Positions 1 to 11,837 of a DNA stretch of 64,000 bases are shown here, one piece after another; the stretch's first letter is position 1, and each line of letters opens with the position of its first letter. The notes under the pieces were generated by a model that saw nothing but the letters and a program-made list of their open reading frames with translations, searched no databases and was not told the origin of the DNA. This stretch comes from Squalus acanthias (taxonomy: Eukaryota): positions 111,352,001 through 111,416,000 of the forward strand of contig CM059434.1 in the NCBI GenBank assembly GCA_030390025.1, read 5' to 3'. A program made the translations under genes and the position numbers.

Positions 1-230
1 TGGATAGTAACAATTCGGACTAGGGGGCATGCCTATAAAATATGTAGGCAAATATTCAGGTTAGATACCAGGAAGTGTTTCCTTTCCCAGGAGGATTGTT
101 GTTCTCTGGAACAGTTAACAGAGGAGAAGGCAAGTATAGATACCTATCGCCATTAAAGAATTGACTTGGGTTCCTGAGGGAGAAAGATATTGGGATGCAT
201 CAGGGTCAGTTAAGTTTGCTTAGTGGCAAG
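1..230 (+). mobile_element. Degenerate CR1-like LINE 3' fragment
   Basis: actagggggcat...aggaagtgtttcctttcccag...ctctggaacag resembles the CR1 ORF2 C-terminus (TRGH...FF.QR...WN). Confidence 0.5.
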
Positions 231-496
231 TCATGGTAACCATGTTATCCTGGACTTTTGATTACCTCATGGAGTTTGGAAAATTCCTCCTCAGTTTTTC
301 TTGAAATTGGCCACAGATTTTTTCCCCTTTCTTTTATTGCCTCTCTCAGGAATTGGCATTTCTAGCAGTTGGGGAGGGCAACGAGTCTTTTTTCACCCTT
401 CTTTTTGCTCAATCACTCTTGGGACAGGCAATTCAGTATTATGTGATGTGAAAACAAGGGCTACCCAAAGGGTCAGCTGCCTAAGACAGCGATTAT

Positions 497-830
497 GGAT
501 CTCCTCAATGGCTCAGTAATGAGCTGAGCCATACAGATGAGGAAAGTCCCCAGTTCAGTTCCTGGGGTCTGTACTGAGTTAGCTCTCTGGGAGACAGCTG
601 GAAGTATCATAATTGTCTTCAGCAAGAATGATTAGAGAGGGAAGAAAAAGGTTAACCAGGGTTTTTATTCCTCATCAGTATTTCATAACCCCTGTTACAA
701 CTGCATGTGTGGACATCGAGTGAGGGCAGATTTGACCCTAGCTGCGATAATCTCCACAATAATAGCCTGCAACACTAGGAGAACACGTGGAACACAGACA
801 CTAGGAGGGCATCCATGAAACTACATGCTG
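497..830 (+). mobile_element. LF-SINE-like tRNA-derived SINE (old)
   Basis: Blocks tggctcagt, gagccatacaga..aggaaagtccc, ggtctgtactgagttagct, tgtgtggacatcgagtgagggcag and aatagcctgcaacact are colinear with the LF-SINE consensus as recalled. Confidence 0.65.
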
Positions 831-914
831 GGGGAGGGGGAAAATGGGTGGAAAAGGAAGATTGTTTTTTCAATGAGATTAATATTGTCTCAATTCACAA
901 CCAAACTAACCTCT

Positions 915-1030
915 TAGAATTATAGAATGATACAACACAGGAGGCCATTCGGTCCATTGTGCTTGTGCCAGCTCTTTGGTAGAGCTATTCAATTAATCCC
1001 ACTCCCCGGCTCTTTCCCTATAGCCCTAGA
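915..1030 (-). mobile_element. CR1-type 3' tail / SINE tail fragment
   Basis: tagaattatagaatgatacaacacaggaggccattcggtccatt...; typical elasmobranch CR1/SINE tail in reverse. Confidence 0.55.
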
Positions 1031-1074
1031 TGCTAATTTAAAAAGCCAGTGTAATTTCATAACCATTTACTTAC

Positions 1075-1278
1075 AATGTAGACAGTTTGATTGTGCAAAT
1101 TCTGTTCATGGACCACTTGCTTAAACAGTAGAACAAACTCATTGAGAGTGTTACATCGCAAATATGAAGAGTATTCCTTCTCGGGGGACACCCAATCACC
1201 CTGCAGTTGGTTAAGTATTTGTTCAAAAAGCATCCTTGAGGAAAAGCATTCCACACAGTTCACAATCACATGGGGAAA
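1075..1278 (-). CDS. ORC5: Origin recognition complex subunit 5, coding exon 3
   Basis: Translates FPHVIVNCVECFSSRMLFEQILNQL...CNTLNEFVLLFKQV...NQTVYI, matching vertebrate ORC5 (LPHVFVNCVECF...DQTVYI). Acceptor ttgcAG at 1280-1279, donor GTAAGT at 1074-1069; 204 bp, phase 0. Confidence 0.95.
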
Positions 1279-1422
1279 CTGCAAAGAGACAAAGACAGTA
1301 TATTAACCACAATACCAGCAGAATTAACAAAACTGCAAGTACTCCTAATACATTATCACACTACAGCAGAATATACTACACTTTAACTACTAATACATTA
1401 TTAATACTGCTTTCAACACTTG

Positions 1423-1887
1423 GGGCTGCATTTCCCTGTTCTTGCCTTTACAAGATCAGGTGCAGCCAACCTGCAGCCCTAACCCAGTTTCCTGGGTATG
1501 GGGTCATTACGAGACCAAGGCCTTCAGCAGGTAAGTGATCCGGGCAAAAAAAAAAGAAGACGTCTCTACTAGGCCCCCTCCCTCCACTTACAACATTCGG
1601 GCCTATTACCACTGCTATTTTGAGTCTACTGCCACCTTTCATCAGGCAGTCCCAGGGAGTGACTGCAAGAGGGATGGGTGATTGGGAAATGGGCTGGGGA
1701 CCTAGTCCCCATCCTCTGACTGGCATTTGCAATGCGGTGGGCAGGGCAGGGTGGCCAGCGGCAGTTCCGGTAGTGGCGGGCGGCAGGACCATCGAGGTTG
1801 CGGCAGGGAGACAGCAGTAGACCGTGCTATTCAATTTACTCACCGTTCCACCCATTTATGGGCAGAATAGCGAGGAAATTCCAGGCC
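1423..1887. mobile_element. Harbinger-type MITE (degenerate)
   Basis: Ends GGGCTGCATTTCC ... GGAAATTCCAGGCC resemble the GGCCTGGAAATT-type TIRs seen elsewhere in the window; GC-rich non-coding body. Confidence 0.45.
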
Positions 1888-2904
1888 ATGGTGTCTAGCA
1901 TGTTTAGTGGCCTAACCCTCTTGTAGTGATCGCCCTTGGCTTCCAGAAGTAAAAGATCTGCAGCTAGACCACCAATTAGTCACTAATATTTCATTTTTCT
2001 TAAAAAGAAACTTTTCAGAGATATATCTGTTAAAACTAGCAAGTAATTTCAGCATAATACTGTAATGCATTAATGTATTCACTTGAAAACAAACTTTTTT
2101 CTTTACCAAGATCCACTTTGGTGCTGACCTTACTTCAACTGCTCATTTTGCAGGAGTTGGCAGACTTCTAGTAAAGTCCTTTAAAAGGACATCAATTCAT
2201 CTGATAGATGGCTTTGCTCATTTTCTTCATGAAAGTGATTTTCCATCTTGCAAAAAAATGCTGAGCGTACAGCAAAATGGATCAGATAAGAAAATCAGAA
2301 TGCAGGGGTTGTGCTAGCTATTCTTCATTATTCTTCAATCTAGCCCCAGAAAAATACACATTTTAAAATTATACAATTTCTTAATTTTCTCTGTTTTCAT
2401 GTTTGCAATGAAAACAAAATTGCTCAACAAATGAATGTTATTACCGAGCATCAACATCACTAATACCTTCCACAGTAATTGATAAAAGTCTGTAACAGGG
2501 AACTGATATGAAGATATTTATCAGTTTCACCACAAAATAAACCATTCTTTCCAAAATCAACTTTTCTTTAGTAACCTTGGTTTGACTAAATGTGCAAAAA
2601 GCCAAAGTACTTACTGCAGGTTTCACAGTAAATGTCAGTGGGTATAGTTGAACATTTCTACCTTGTGAGTAACAATTGAAACGTGAATAATCATGTCTCA
2701 AAGGCTGAAGTAGAATGGATTCAATTTTGAAACCAAACAGTTAGCAAAGAATTGACATTCCTAATTATCTTTAATCGGATAAAAATTTGTTGAACTTTTC
2801 TTATTCATGTTGTTGCTACAAACATACACAAGTGATAGTGGGAGCTGCTGTTTAATGCTGCCTCTCTATTTTTCCCCACAGTACTCACATTGGTCAGATC
2901 CTGA

Positions 2905-3122
2905 CCATCCTGACTTGGAAATATATCGCCGTTCCTTCATCGTCGCTGGGTCAAAATCCTGGAACTCCCTCCCGAACAGCACTGTGGGAGTACCTTCACC
3001 ACATGGACTGCAGCGGTTCAAGAAGGCAGCTCACCACCACCTTCTCAAGGGCAATTAGGGATGGGCAATAAATGCTGGCCTTGCCAGTGACGCCCACATC
3101 CCATAAACGAATAAAAAAAAAA
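2905..3122 (+). mobile_element. LINE 3' fragment ('...HHHLLKGN' family)
   Basis: Same 3' end and poly(A) as the copies at 19060, 24143 and 49309. Confidence 0.85.
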
Positions 3123-3967
3123 TCTACTCTAGGAAAGCAGTAACTTCAATTTTCTTAGCTACTAAATTTTAAAAACGATTACTGTTTGAATTTTATAGTC
3201 AAATCAAAAACTCTTCATGGCAACTCCCATTATGCAAGAAAATGTATTAATCCTTGGCCTTAGAATGCAGAGTATAAAACTTCAATGCAATTTTTACAGC
3301 AGACGTCTTACATCACCTTTTTATGGTGAAGGTCCTGCAGTTGTGTTACGATTGAGCTTGTTTTTCAAATGTCACGCGTTAACTTTTCTGTATCAGATGA
3401 ATTGCAACTAATTACTTGTATTGTGACTTCAAAGATAATTGTGACAGATTACAACCTTTAAATAGCCAGAAAGTGATCAATCTGATATCAGCATCAGAAC
3501 ACCATACTAAAATACAACCACAGAAATTCGTAAAAATGTCAAAAACTTTAAATGCAAAATAAAGAAATATCAAGCAAGCGGACACCATTGAAGATAATCC
3601 AGTCTCATTCACATCTTCGGTTTAATAGCTTATTTCTGGAGGGTACAATATTCCCTTAATTTCTGAAAAATACACTTTCAACTAACAATACCTTAATGTC
3701 ACTTTTCACCTCAACAACTCCATAAATCCCAAGCATGCCCAAGACTTGACTACTACTATGGTTAGGCAGGATTTTCTGTCACCTCTCTTGCACCACGTGA
3801 CAGGGTACAAGAAAAAGCGCATCATCTGATAAGTGATCCTTCTATCAATTCCAGCTTCTAACCTCTCTCTAGCCATTGCAACCTTTCGTATCTAATATTT
3901 CCTTTCTCGTTCCTCCCAAGCTCAAATTACATTACTGTGTGCAAACGGAGACTCATCACACTGCCAC

Positions 3968-4085
3968 CATGCTCTCGTACGCTTCGGTGAAGGTGTTGAC
4001 GATGGTTTGGAGTTCGACCTCCGAGTGTGCGCAGACGCAAGCGTCGTCTGCATACTGTAATTCGATGACAGAGGATGGGACGACC
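3968..4085 (-). mobile_element. 118-bp internal RTE RT fragment (YADD motif)
   Basis: 3 mismatches versus 6841-6958; embedded in an L2-type tail. Confidence 0.85.
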
Positions 4086-4246
4086 GTGGGACATTTTTCT
4101 ACGTCAATGGCACTATATAAATGCAAGTTGTTGTTGGAGATCCACGTCATTGATGTGGCAAATCAATATTTAAAAACTGGTCTGCTCCCACTTTATTGCA
4201 CTCAGTAATAATCCTGTTTGACAAATGGAGTTATTTTTCATCTTAC

Positions 4247-4339
4247 CTTCCATGTCTTCAACAATGTTTGTGTCACATAGGTTTTCCCTGTGGCAGTATG
4301 CCCGTAGACAAAAATGGAAGGGTAACTATAATGATGAGG
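4247..4339 (-). CDS. ORC5: ORC5 coding exon 2 (Walker A motif)
   Basis: Translates [31 protein letters not shown] (human [31 protein letters not shown]). 93 bp, ccAG acceptor and GTAAGA donor; too short to appear in the ORF track. Confidence 0.95.
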
Positions 4340-4751
4340 CTGGAAGGACGAATAAAATAGTTTCAAAATTATTGAAATATATGCTTTTCTCAAAACATCT
4401 AAAAATGTTAGAGAAACTACTTTTAACTCTTCTGAATTTTCACATGTTAACGTAGTGGAGTATTTTTTAAAAAGACAGGTTTTCTTGCAAATTTACACTG
4501 CGGACAAAGAAAGTAAAGAGAATATCTACCGGAAAAGGAACTGCTTTGTACACCTACTTCGTAAATCAACTAGGGTTGTAGTTCAACTGATTTGAAATGC
4601 AGGCTACATCATTTTCAGGCCAAACCCAGCATGAAATATCCCAAAGTACAATGATCCACAAACCAATATAGATTGTGGGGGGGGATTTTTCATTATTGTG
4701 TATAAATTTATAGAAATAGAAAGCAAGAGAAAACTAAAATAGTTCAAAAAA

Positions 4752-4965
4752 GAAAAACTTGCATTTATATAGCGCCTTTCATAACCTCAGGTCGTCCCAA
4801 AGCACTTCACAGCCAATGAAGTACCTTTCTGACGGGCAATCACTGTTGCAGTGTAGGAAACGCAGCAGCCAATTTGCACCCCAAGTCCCACAAACAGCAA
4901 TGTGATAAAGACGAGATCATCTGTTTTTAGGTGAGGAATAAATGTTGGCCAGGACACCGGGGAGA
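4752..4965 (-). mobile_element. DeuSINE/SacSINE-like SINE 3' part with L2 tail
   Basis: aacttgcatttatatagcgcctttc...cccaaagcacttcacagccaatgaagtac...; a second copy lies at ~14855-15040. Confidence 0.7.
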
Positions 4966-5440
4966 AAAGAAAAAGAATCAAAAAAATAAAATGGAATGAA
5001 AAGATTAAAACAGAAAAAAGGGTAACATACATAACCCTCAAGGCACAGTGGATGAATTGGTGTGTCCAGCAGCAATCCAACTGCCAGGAGTTGACTCTAG
5101 TTGCATTAATTACATGATGCCAATCTTCAGACCGCATGGCCTCATCAGAGGCCATATTTTCCAATGTGGATTCCCACCCTTCCAAAACAGGCAGTGGCAC
5201 TCAGGGAACTCAGGAAAGAATAAAAGTTTTGGACAGATACAATAGGATAAAAGTTAAAGTTAAAATAGGAAAAAGATAAAGGGGGAAGAGAGAAAACAGA
5301 GCAAATAGAAGGTATCTAAAAACTTTTTCTTCTGTTAAACTCTGATATACTAATAATTTAAACCGTTAAACACAATAGAATGCTACATAAAATTATCCTT
5401 TACCTCAATTAAATGCCAATTCATTGAAAATAAAAATTAC

Positions 5441-5551
5441 CTCTCCCAGTATTGATAGCAGAGTAAAAATCTGAGAGTCCCGACAAATTAGTTTCTCTTT
5501 CAGTAAAAGGATTCTGTCTTTGGGATATTCGCCATAATCGAGGGCAGACAT
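5441..5551 (-). CDS. ORC5: ORC5 first coding exon
   Basis: MSALDYGEYPKDRILLLKEKLICRDSQIFTLLSILGE followed by a GTAATT donor. The C-terminal half matches human LENVVLCRESQVSILQSLFGE. Candidate acceptor ctgcAG at 5582-5581; an in-frame upstream ATG (MQCLK) makes the start uncertain. Confidence 0.88.
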
Positions 5552-5943
5552 CTTTAAACACTGCATGCAACAATGTCCTCCTGCAGGCCATGAAATAAGA
5601 GTCAATTAAATTAACAAGTGTGAAACTTGATTATGTTTAACAAAATATGTATTAACTTAAGCAATTAATAATTCCTTGAAAACAAAGTGCTATTTCATTT
5701 GCCTACACACCCTATATTCAAAATCATTTCTAAGACTTAATATCAGGTGAACAAAATGGACCTACCACTTTTGCAACAAATGGAGAATGGAACCTCCATT
5801 ATCTAGCACAATGGAAGGCACCTCTTGATGGATAATAGAAAATGGGGGGAATAACTGACTCTCTAAATTTTGGTCTTACACATATGGTATAGCAATACTT
5901 TGGGACAGGAATGGAGACAAGCACAAGTGTATGCAAGAGAATC

Positions 5944-7530
5944 TCTTCTTAGGCAGTCCCTCGGAACCGAGGATGACTTGCTTCCACATTAAAAATGAGT
6001 TCTCAGGTGACTGATGAGTCCAATGCGGGACCTACAGTCTCTGTCACAGGTGGGGCAGACAGTGGTTGAAGGAGCGGGTGGGTGGGGTGCTTGGGTTGAC
6101 ATGCGCTGTTTGCGCTTGGCTTCCACTTGCTCCCGGCGAAGAGACTCGAGGTGTTCGGCACCTTCCCGGATGCTTCTCCTTCACTTTGTGCGGTCTTGGG
6201 CCAGGGATTCCCAGGTGTCGGTGGGGATGTTGCACTTTTTCCAAAGAGGCTTTGAGGGTGTCCTTGAAGCATTTCCTCTGCCCACCTGGGGCTCTCTTGC
6301 CGTGTCGGAGCTCCGAGTAGAGCACTTGTTTTGGGAGTCTCGTATCGGGCATGCGGACGATGTGACCCGTCCATCGGAGCTGATCGAGCGTGGTCAAAGC
6401 TTCGATGCTGGCCTGAGCGAGAACACGGACGTTGGTGCGCCTATCCTGCCAATGGATTTGCAGGATCTTGCGGAGGCAGCATTAGTGGTACCTCTCCAGT
6501 GCTTTGAGGTGCCTGCTGTACATGGTCCATGTCTCTGAGGCATACAGGAGGGCGGGTATCACTACTGCTCTGTAACCATGAGCTTGGTGCCGGGTTTGAG
6601 GTCCTGTTCTTCAAACACTCTCTTCCTCAGGCGACACATTGAAGGCGGTGTTGGACTTTGTCATCAATGTCTGCCCTTGTTAACAGTAGGCTCCCGAGGT
6701 ATGGAAAGTGGTCTATGTTGTCCAAGGCCTCGTCATGGATTTTGATAATCGGGGGGCAGTACTGTGTGGCGGGGGCAGTACTCTGTGGCGGGGGCAGGTT
6801 GGTAGAGGACCTTTGTCTTACGGATGTTTAGTGTAAGGCCCATGCTCTCGTACGCTTTGGTGAAGGTGTTGACGATGGTTTGGAGTTCGACCTCCAAGTG
6901 TGCGCAGACGCAAGCGTCGTCTGCATACTGTAATTCGATGACAGAGGATGGAACGACCTTGGATCTGGACTGGAGGCGACGGAGGTTGAACAGTTTCCCG
7001 TTTGTTCTGTAAATTAGCTCCATTCCAGCGGGGAGCTTACTGAGGGTGAGATGGAGCACTGCAGCAAGGAAGATCGAGAAGAGCGTTGGTCCGATTACAC
7101 AGCCTTGCTTGACTACGGTCCGTACGTGAATTCGGTCTGTGGTGGATCCGTTGGTCAGGATCACGGCTTGCATGTTGTCGCGAAACAGGCGGAGGATGGT
7201 GACAAACTTTTGAGAGCAGCCAAATTTGAGGAGGACACTCCATAATCTCTCACGGTTGACAGTGTCAAAGGCTTTTGTGAGGTCAAAGAAGGCCATGTAC
7301 AGCGGTTGGTGCTGTTCCCTGCATTTCTCTTGTAATTGACACACGGTGAAGATCATGTCCATTGTGCCCCTTAGTGGGCGGAATCCGCATTGCGACTCTG
7401 GGAGGAGCTCTTCAGCCACTGGGAGAAGGCGATTGATGAGGATTCTTGCGATGACTTTCCCTGTGGCAGACAGCAGGGAAACTCCTCTGTAATTACCGCA
7501 ATCGGACTTGTCACCTTTCTTGAAAATGGT
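5944..7530 (-). mobile_element. RTE-clade LINE, 3' portion (RT domain, decayed)
   Basis: KKGDKSDCGNYRGVSLLS...FFDLTKAFDTV...KQGCVIGPTLF...LQYADD; C-terminal QLRWTGHIVRMPDTRLPKQVLYSEL; frameshifts present. Confidence 0.92.
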
Positions 7531-9156
7531 AATAGTAAAAAAAACAGTACTAGCAAAATTAATGGTACTAAAAGTCGACAAATCCCAAGGACCGGATGAC
7601 CTACATCCTAGGGTTTTGAAAGAGGTGGCCATTGGAATAGTGGACGCATTGGTTGTCATCTTCCAAAATTCTATAGATTCTGGAACGGTACCTGCAGATT
7701 GGAGGATAGCAAATGTAACCCCGCTATTTAAGAAAGGAGGGAAGAGAGAAAACGGGGAACTACAGACCTGTTAGCCTCACATCAGTAGTTGGGAAAATGC
7801 TGGAATCTATTATAAAGGATGCAATAACTGGGCACTTAGAAACTAACAGTAAGATTGGGCAGTCAACATGGATTTATGAAAGGGAAATCCTGTTTGACAA
7901 ACCTATTGGAGTTCTTTGAGAATGTAACTAGTGGAGTACACAAAGGGGAACGGGTAGATGTGGTGTATCTGGATTTTCAGAAGGCCTTCGATAAGGTCCC
8001 ACACAAGAGGTTGGTGAACAAAATTAGGGCACATGGAATTGGGGGTAATATACTAGCATGGATTGAGAATTGGTTAACAGACAGAAAACAAAGAGTAGAG
8101 ATAAACGGGTCTTTTTCAGGATGGCAGGCTGTGACTAGTGGGGTACCGCAAGGTTCGGTGCTTGGGCCCCAGCTATTCACAATCTATATCAATGATTTGG
8201 ATGAGGGGACTAAATGTAACATTTCCAAATTTGCTGATGATACAAAGCTAGGTGGCAGTGTCAATTGCGAAGAGGATGTGAAGAGGCTTCAAGGGGATCT
8301 CGACAGGCTCAGTGAGTGGGCGAGAACATGGCAGATGGAATATAATGTGGATAAATGTGAAGTTATCCACTTTGGTAGAAAAAACAGAAAGGCAGAGTAT
8401 TTCCTAAATGGTGAAAGATTGGGGAATGCAGATGCTTAAAGGGACCTGGGTGTCCTTGTACATGAGTCACTGAACGTGAATGTGCAGGTGCAGCAAGCCA
8501 TTCGGAAGGCAAATGGTATGCTGGCCTTCATTATAAGAGGATTTGAGTACAGGAGTAAAGAAGTCTTACTCCAATTATATAGGGCCTTGGTGAGACCACA
8601 CCTGGAGTACGGTGTACAATTTTGGTCTCCTTACCTAAGGAAGGATATACTTGCCATAGAGGGAGTGCAAAGAAGGTTCACGAGATTGATTCCTGGGATG
8701 GCGGGACTGTCGTATGATAAGAGATTGAGTAAACTAGGCTTGTATTCTCTTGAATTCAGAAGATGAGAGGGGATCTCATTGAAGCATAAAAAATTATTAC
8801 AGGGTTTGATAGTATGGATGCTGGGAGAATGTTTCTCTTAGCTGGGGAGTCTAGAACCAGGGGCCACAGCCTCAAGATAAAGGGTAGGCCATTCAGGACT
8901 GAGATGAGAAGAAATTTCTTCACACAGAGGGTGGTGAATCTTTGGAATTCTCTACCCCAGAGGGCTGTGGAGGCTCAGTCACTGGGTATATTCAAAACAG
9001 AAGTCGATAGATTTCTGACTAGTAAGGGCATCAAGGGATATGGTGATAGGGCCGGCGAATGGAGTTGAGGCAGATGATCAGCCATGATCTCATTGAATGA
9101 CGGAGCAGGCTCGAAGGGCCGAATGGCCTACTCCTGCTCCTATTTTTTATGTTCTC
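7531..9156 (+). mobile_element. CR1 LINE, 5'-truncated, inserted in the RTE
   Basis: QHGFMKGKSCLTNLLEFF...YLDFQKAFDKVPH...SGVPQGSVLGP...KFADDTK plus CR1 3' tail; flanked by duplicated ATGGT (7526-7530 / 9157-9161). Confidence 0.95.
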
Positions 9157-9590
9157 ATGGTCACAATTACGGCGTCTCTGAGATCCCCTGGCATGCTCTC
9201 CTCCTTCCAGATAAATGAGATCATGAATTCGCGCCAGTAGTGCCTCGGCTGGGTTTCCATCTGCTCCTGAGGCCTTGTTGTTCTTCAGTTGTCGGATGTC
9301 CTTTTCAACCTCATGCCGGGCTGGGGTTGTGCTGAGGTGGTGGCGGGTAGCATTCTACGGGATGGTATTGTGGACACTCGCGTCAATAACAGAGTCTCGG
9401 TTAAGGAGATCTTCGAAGTGCTCCTTCCAGCGGGCACTGACTGCCTCCCTGTCCTTGAGGAGTACCTCTCCGTTCTTGGCCCACAGTGGGGTAGGACCTT
9501 GGGTGCTTGGGCCGTAGGTGGTCTTGACTGCGCTAAAGAATCCACGCATGTCGTGGTTGTCGGCTAGCTGCTGGATCTCCTGCGCTTTTT
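9157..9590 (-). mobile_element. RTE LINE, upstream continuation
   Basis: MRGFFSAVKTTYGPSTQGPTPL...WKEHFEDLLN; rejoins the 7530 breakpoint. Confidence 0.9.
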
Positions 9591-9701
9591 TAACATCTAT
9601 ATTGTGGAATTAATCATGCTGCCTAGTTTTATATGGCACCATTTAATTTCTAGAACATTTTTTGATTTGGGCTGCAGTCCAGTTGCTCGCACCTTCATAT
9701 A

Positions 9702-10560
9702 CTACAATAACTACTTTCATTTATATAGCACCTTCAACATAGAAAAACATCCTAAGGCGCTCGTTCACAGAAGCGTAATCCGACAAAAAATGACACCAAG
9801 TCGAAGAGATTAGGATGGGTGACTAAAAGATTGGTCAAAGTGGTAGGTTTTAAGGAGTGCCTTAAAAGGAAGATAGGTGGAGAGTTTTAAGGATTTGCAG
9901 AGCTTAGGGCCCAGACAGCTGAAGGCACGACCAAAAGTTGGGCAATGGGGAGAGGAGGATGCACAAGAGTCCAGAGTCTGAAGAACACAGAGGGTCAGGC
10001 AAGGGGATGAAGGGATTTCAACAAGAGGATGATAATTTTAAATTGGAACCGCTGGGGACTGGGAAATAATTTAAGTCAGGGTGATGGGTGACTGGGACTT
10101 GGCATTGATTAGGATATGGACAGCAGAATTTTGGATGAGCTGAAGTTTATGGAGGGTGCAGGTTGGGAGGCCAGCAAGAATAACATTGGAATAGTCGAGT
10201 CTGGAGGTGACTAAGGCAATGGCAGCAAATGGGCTGAGGCAGGTGCAGAGACAGGCGAGTTACAGAGGTGGAAGTAGGCTGTCTTTGTATTGTAGAGGAT
10301 ATCAGGTCAGAAGCTTGGCCCAGGCCCAGAGGTTGAAATAGTCAGCGTTAACCGTAAAGTTGCCAGGGAGCAGGACAGAATTGGTGGTGAGGGTAGAGTT
10401 TGTAGAAGAGGCCGAAGACAATAGTCTTCCCAATGTTTAACTGGGTGTCATCAACATACAAGTAGCACTTGACATCATTACTTCATTTGAGGTCACCGAG
10501 GGGCAGAATGTAAATGGGGAAAAGGAAAGAGCCAGGGATAAATTACTGGGAAACTCTAGA
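9702..10560 (-). mobile_element. L2 LINE 3' fragment (decayed)
   Basis: L2 tail catttatatagcaccttcaacatagaaaaacatcctaaggcgc followed by degenerate ORF2 sequence. Confidence 0.7.
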
Positions 10561-11399
10561 CATTAATGGAACATTGAAGCTAGAAGCCTAAACAGGCTAT
10601 GTATTTACCCTGACAATATAACAGAAGCAACCCTGTTCTTTGATTGAACAGGTTATGTTTATATTGCAAATTCATTGGCACCAGAAGTGTTTCTACAATA
10701 TGGTTAGCCAAGAGCAGAATTCAGAACACAAGTAGGCAAGACTGAAACAGATGCATACCCAAGAAACTATGATGGAAAGCAACTAGCCAGGCTTCAAGAA
10801 TGTTGATGCAAGCATACGAACATTTTGTAAAATTTTGCTGAACTATTTTTGGAGTCAGTTAATTTGCCAAAATTTCCTTTGAGATAAGTCACAATAGGGT
10901 TGATGCTACATCATTTGCAGAAGAAATGGGCTTCATGGACCAAATGACTTTTTCTTATTGCACATTTTAATGTTTTTTCTCCAAATATAGTGTCTATCCA
11001 TTTAAAAATATTCCCAGTATGAAATTGAAACGGTGAAGTTTTGTAAGAAACCATCTTATTGAATGTCTGTAAGTTGCCAAATATTATTTTGCAGAATGTA
11101 TATATGCTTGAACAGGCGACACAGATGGAAAACAAACGTGAAAACATGTGATGGTGCCTATGCCACCAACCTCACGCTATCTCTGCCAGCAGCTACTCTA
11201 ACTTGACTTTACATGCTGTTTCCAAAGTTTTGCTCCTTTTAGTTTAAAATGTTATTTTCAATGCAAAGCACCTCGCTCTTAAAAAATAAACACGACCCCT
11301 TGTGTTGCAATGGGTTTGCAATCATTCCCATTCTCTTTAATCATGGATAAATCTCCCCCCTGCTCCTGAACCGTCTATCTGGCCGTCTGCCTCTCACTT

Positions 11400-11700
11400 A
11401 ATATGAGAGCGACAGCAGACACATCCGGCTAAAGGGCGCCAGGTACTTGGTTCTGGCTCACTAACTTTCACCGTTACCCATCCACCTACTGCCGCTCCAT
11501 TAATACCTTTTCTCTCTCTCTCCGGTCCGGCCGCGCTTTGACCAACCGCGGCCCGCTTACGCGCCAAATCCTCCCTCGGTGAACTTTAACCCCGCACCGA
11601 GGAGTCACACTGCGCACGCGTGTGAGCGCGGTGCACACTGGGACTGGTAGTTTTCGACGGTGTAAAACTTCCTCGAACTTTAACTCCCTCTGAGGGGCAG
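11400..11700 (-). promoter_or_regulatory. CpG-rich probable ORC5 promoter / non-coding first exon
   Basis: Non-repeat CpG-dense patch upstream of ORC5. E2F-type TTTGGCGC (11568-11561), NRF1-like TGCGCACGCG (11611-11620), ZNF143/THAP11-type ACTACCAGTCCCAGTGTGCAC (11651-11631), and several candidate GT donors on the - strand. Confidence 0.65.
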
Positions 11701-11837
11701 TGAAGTCAATCTTTGGAAATGCCAAATTAATCCATTTTAATCCAGCGCCTCACTGGTCTTGGACTTTTCTCACGATGTGCACTAAGACCATTTTTGAATA
11801 TGTTTAATGGATAAACTATTCTTTAATTTTATGAAAT

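Noticed and set aside
6733-7659. 308-aa RT ORF as an intact gene
   Set aside because: Chimera: the first ~43 aa are antisense CR1 and the rest is a broken RTE.
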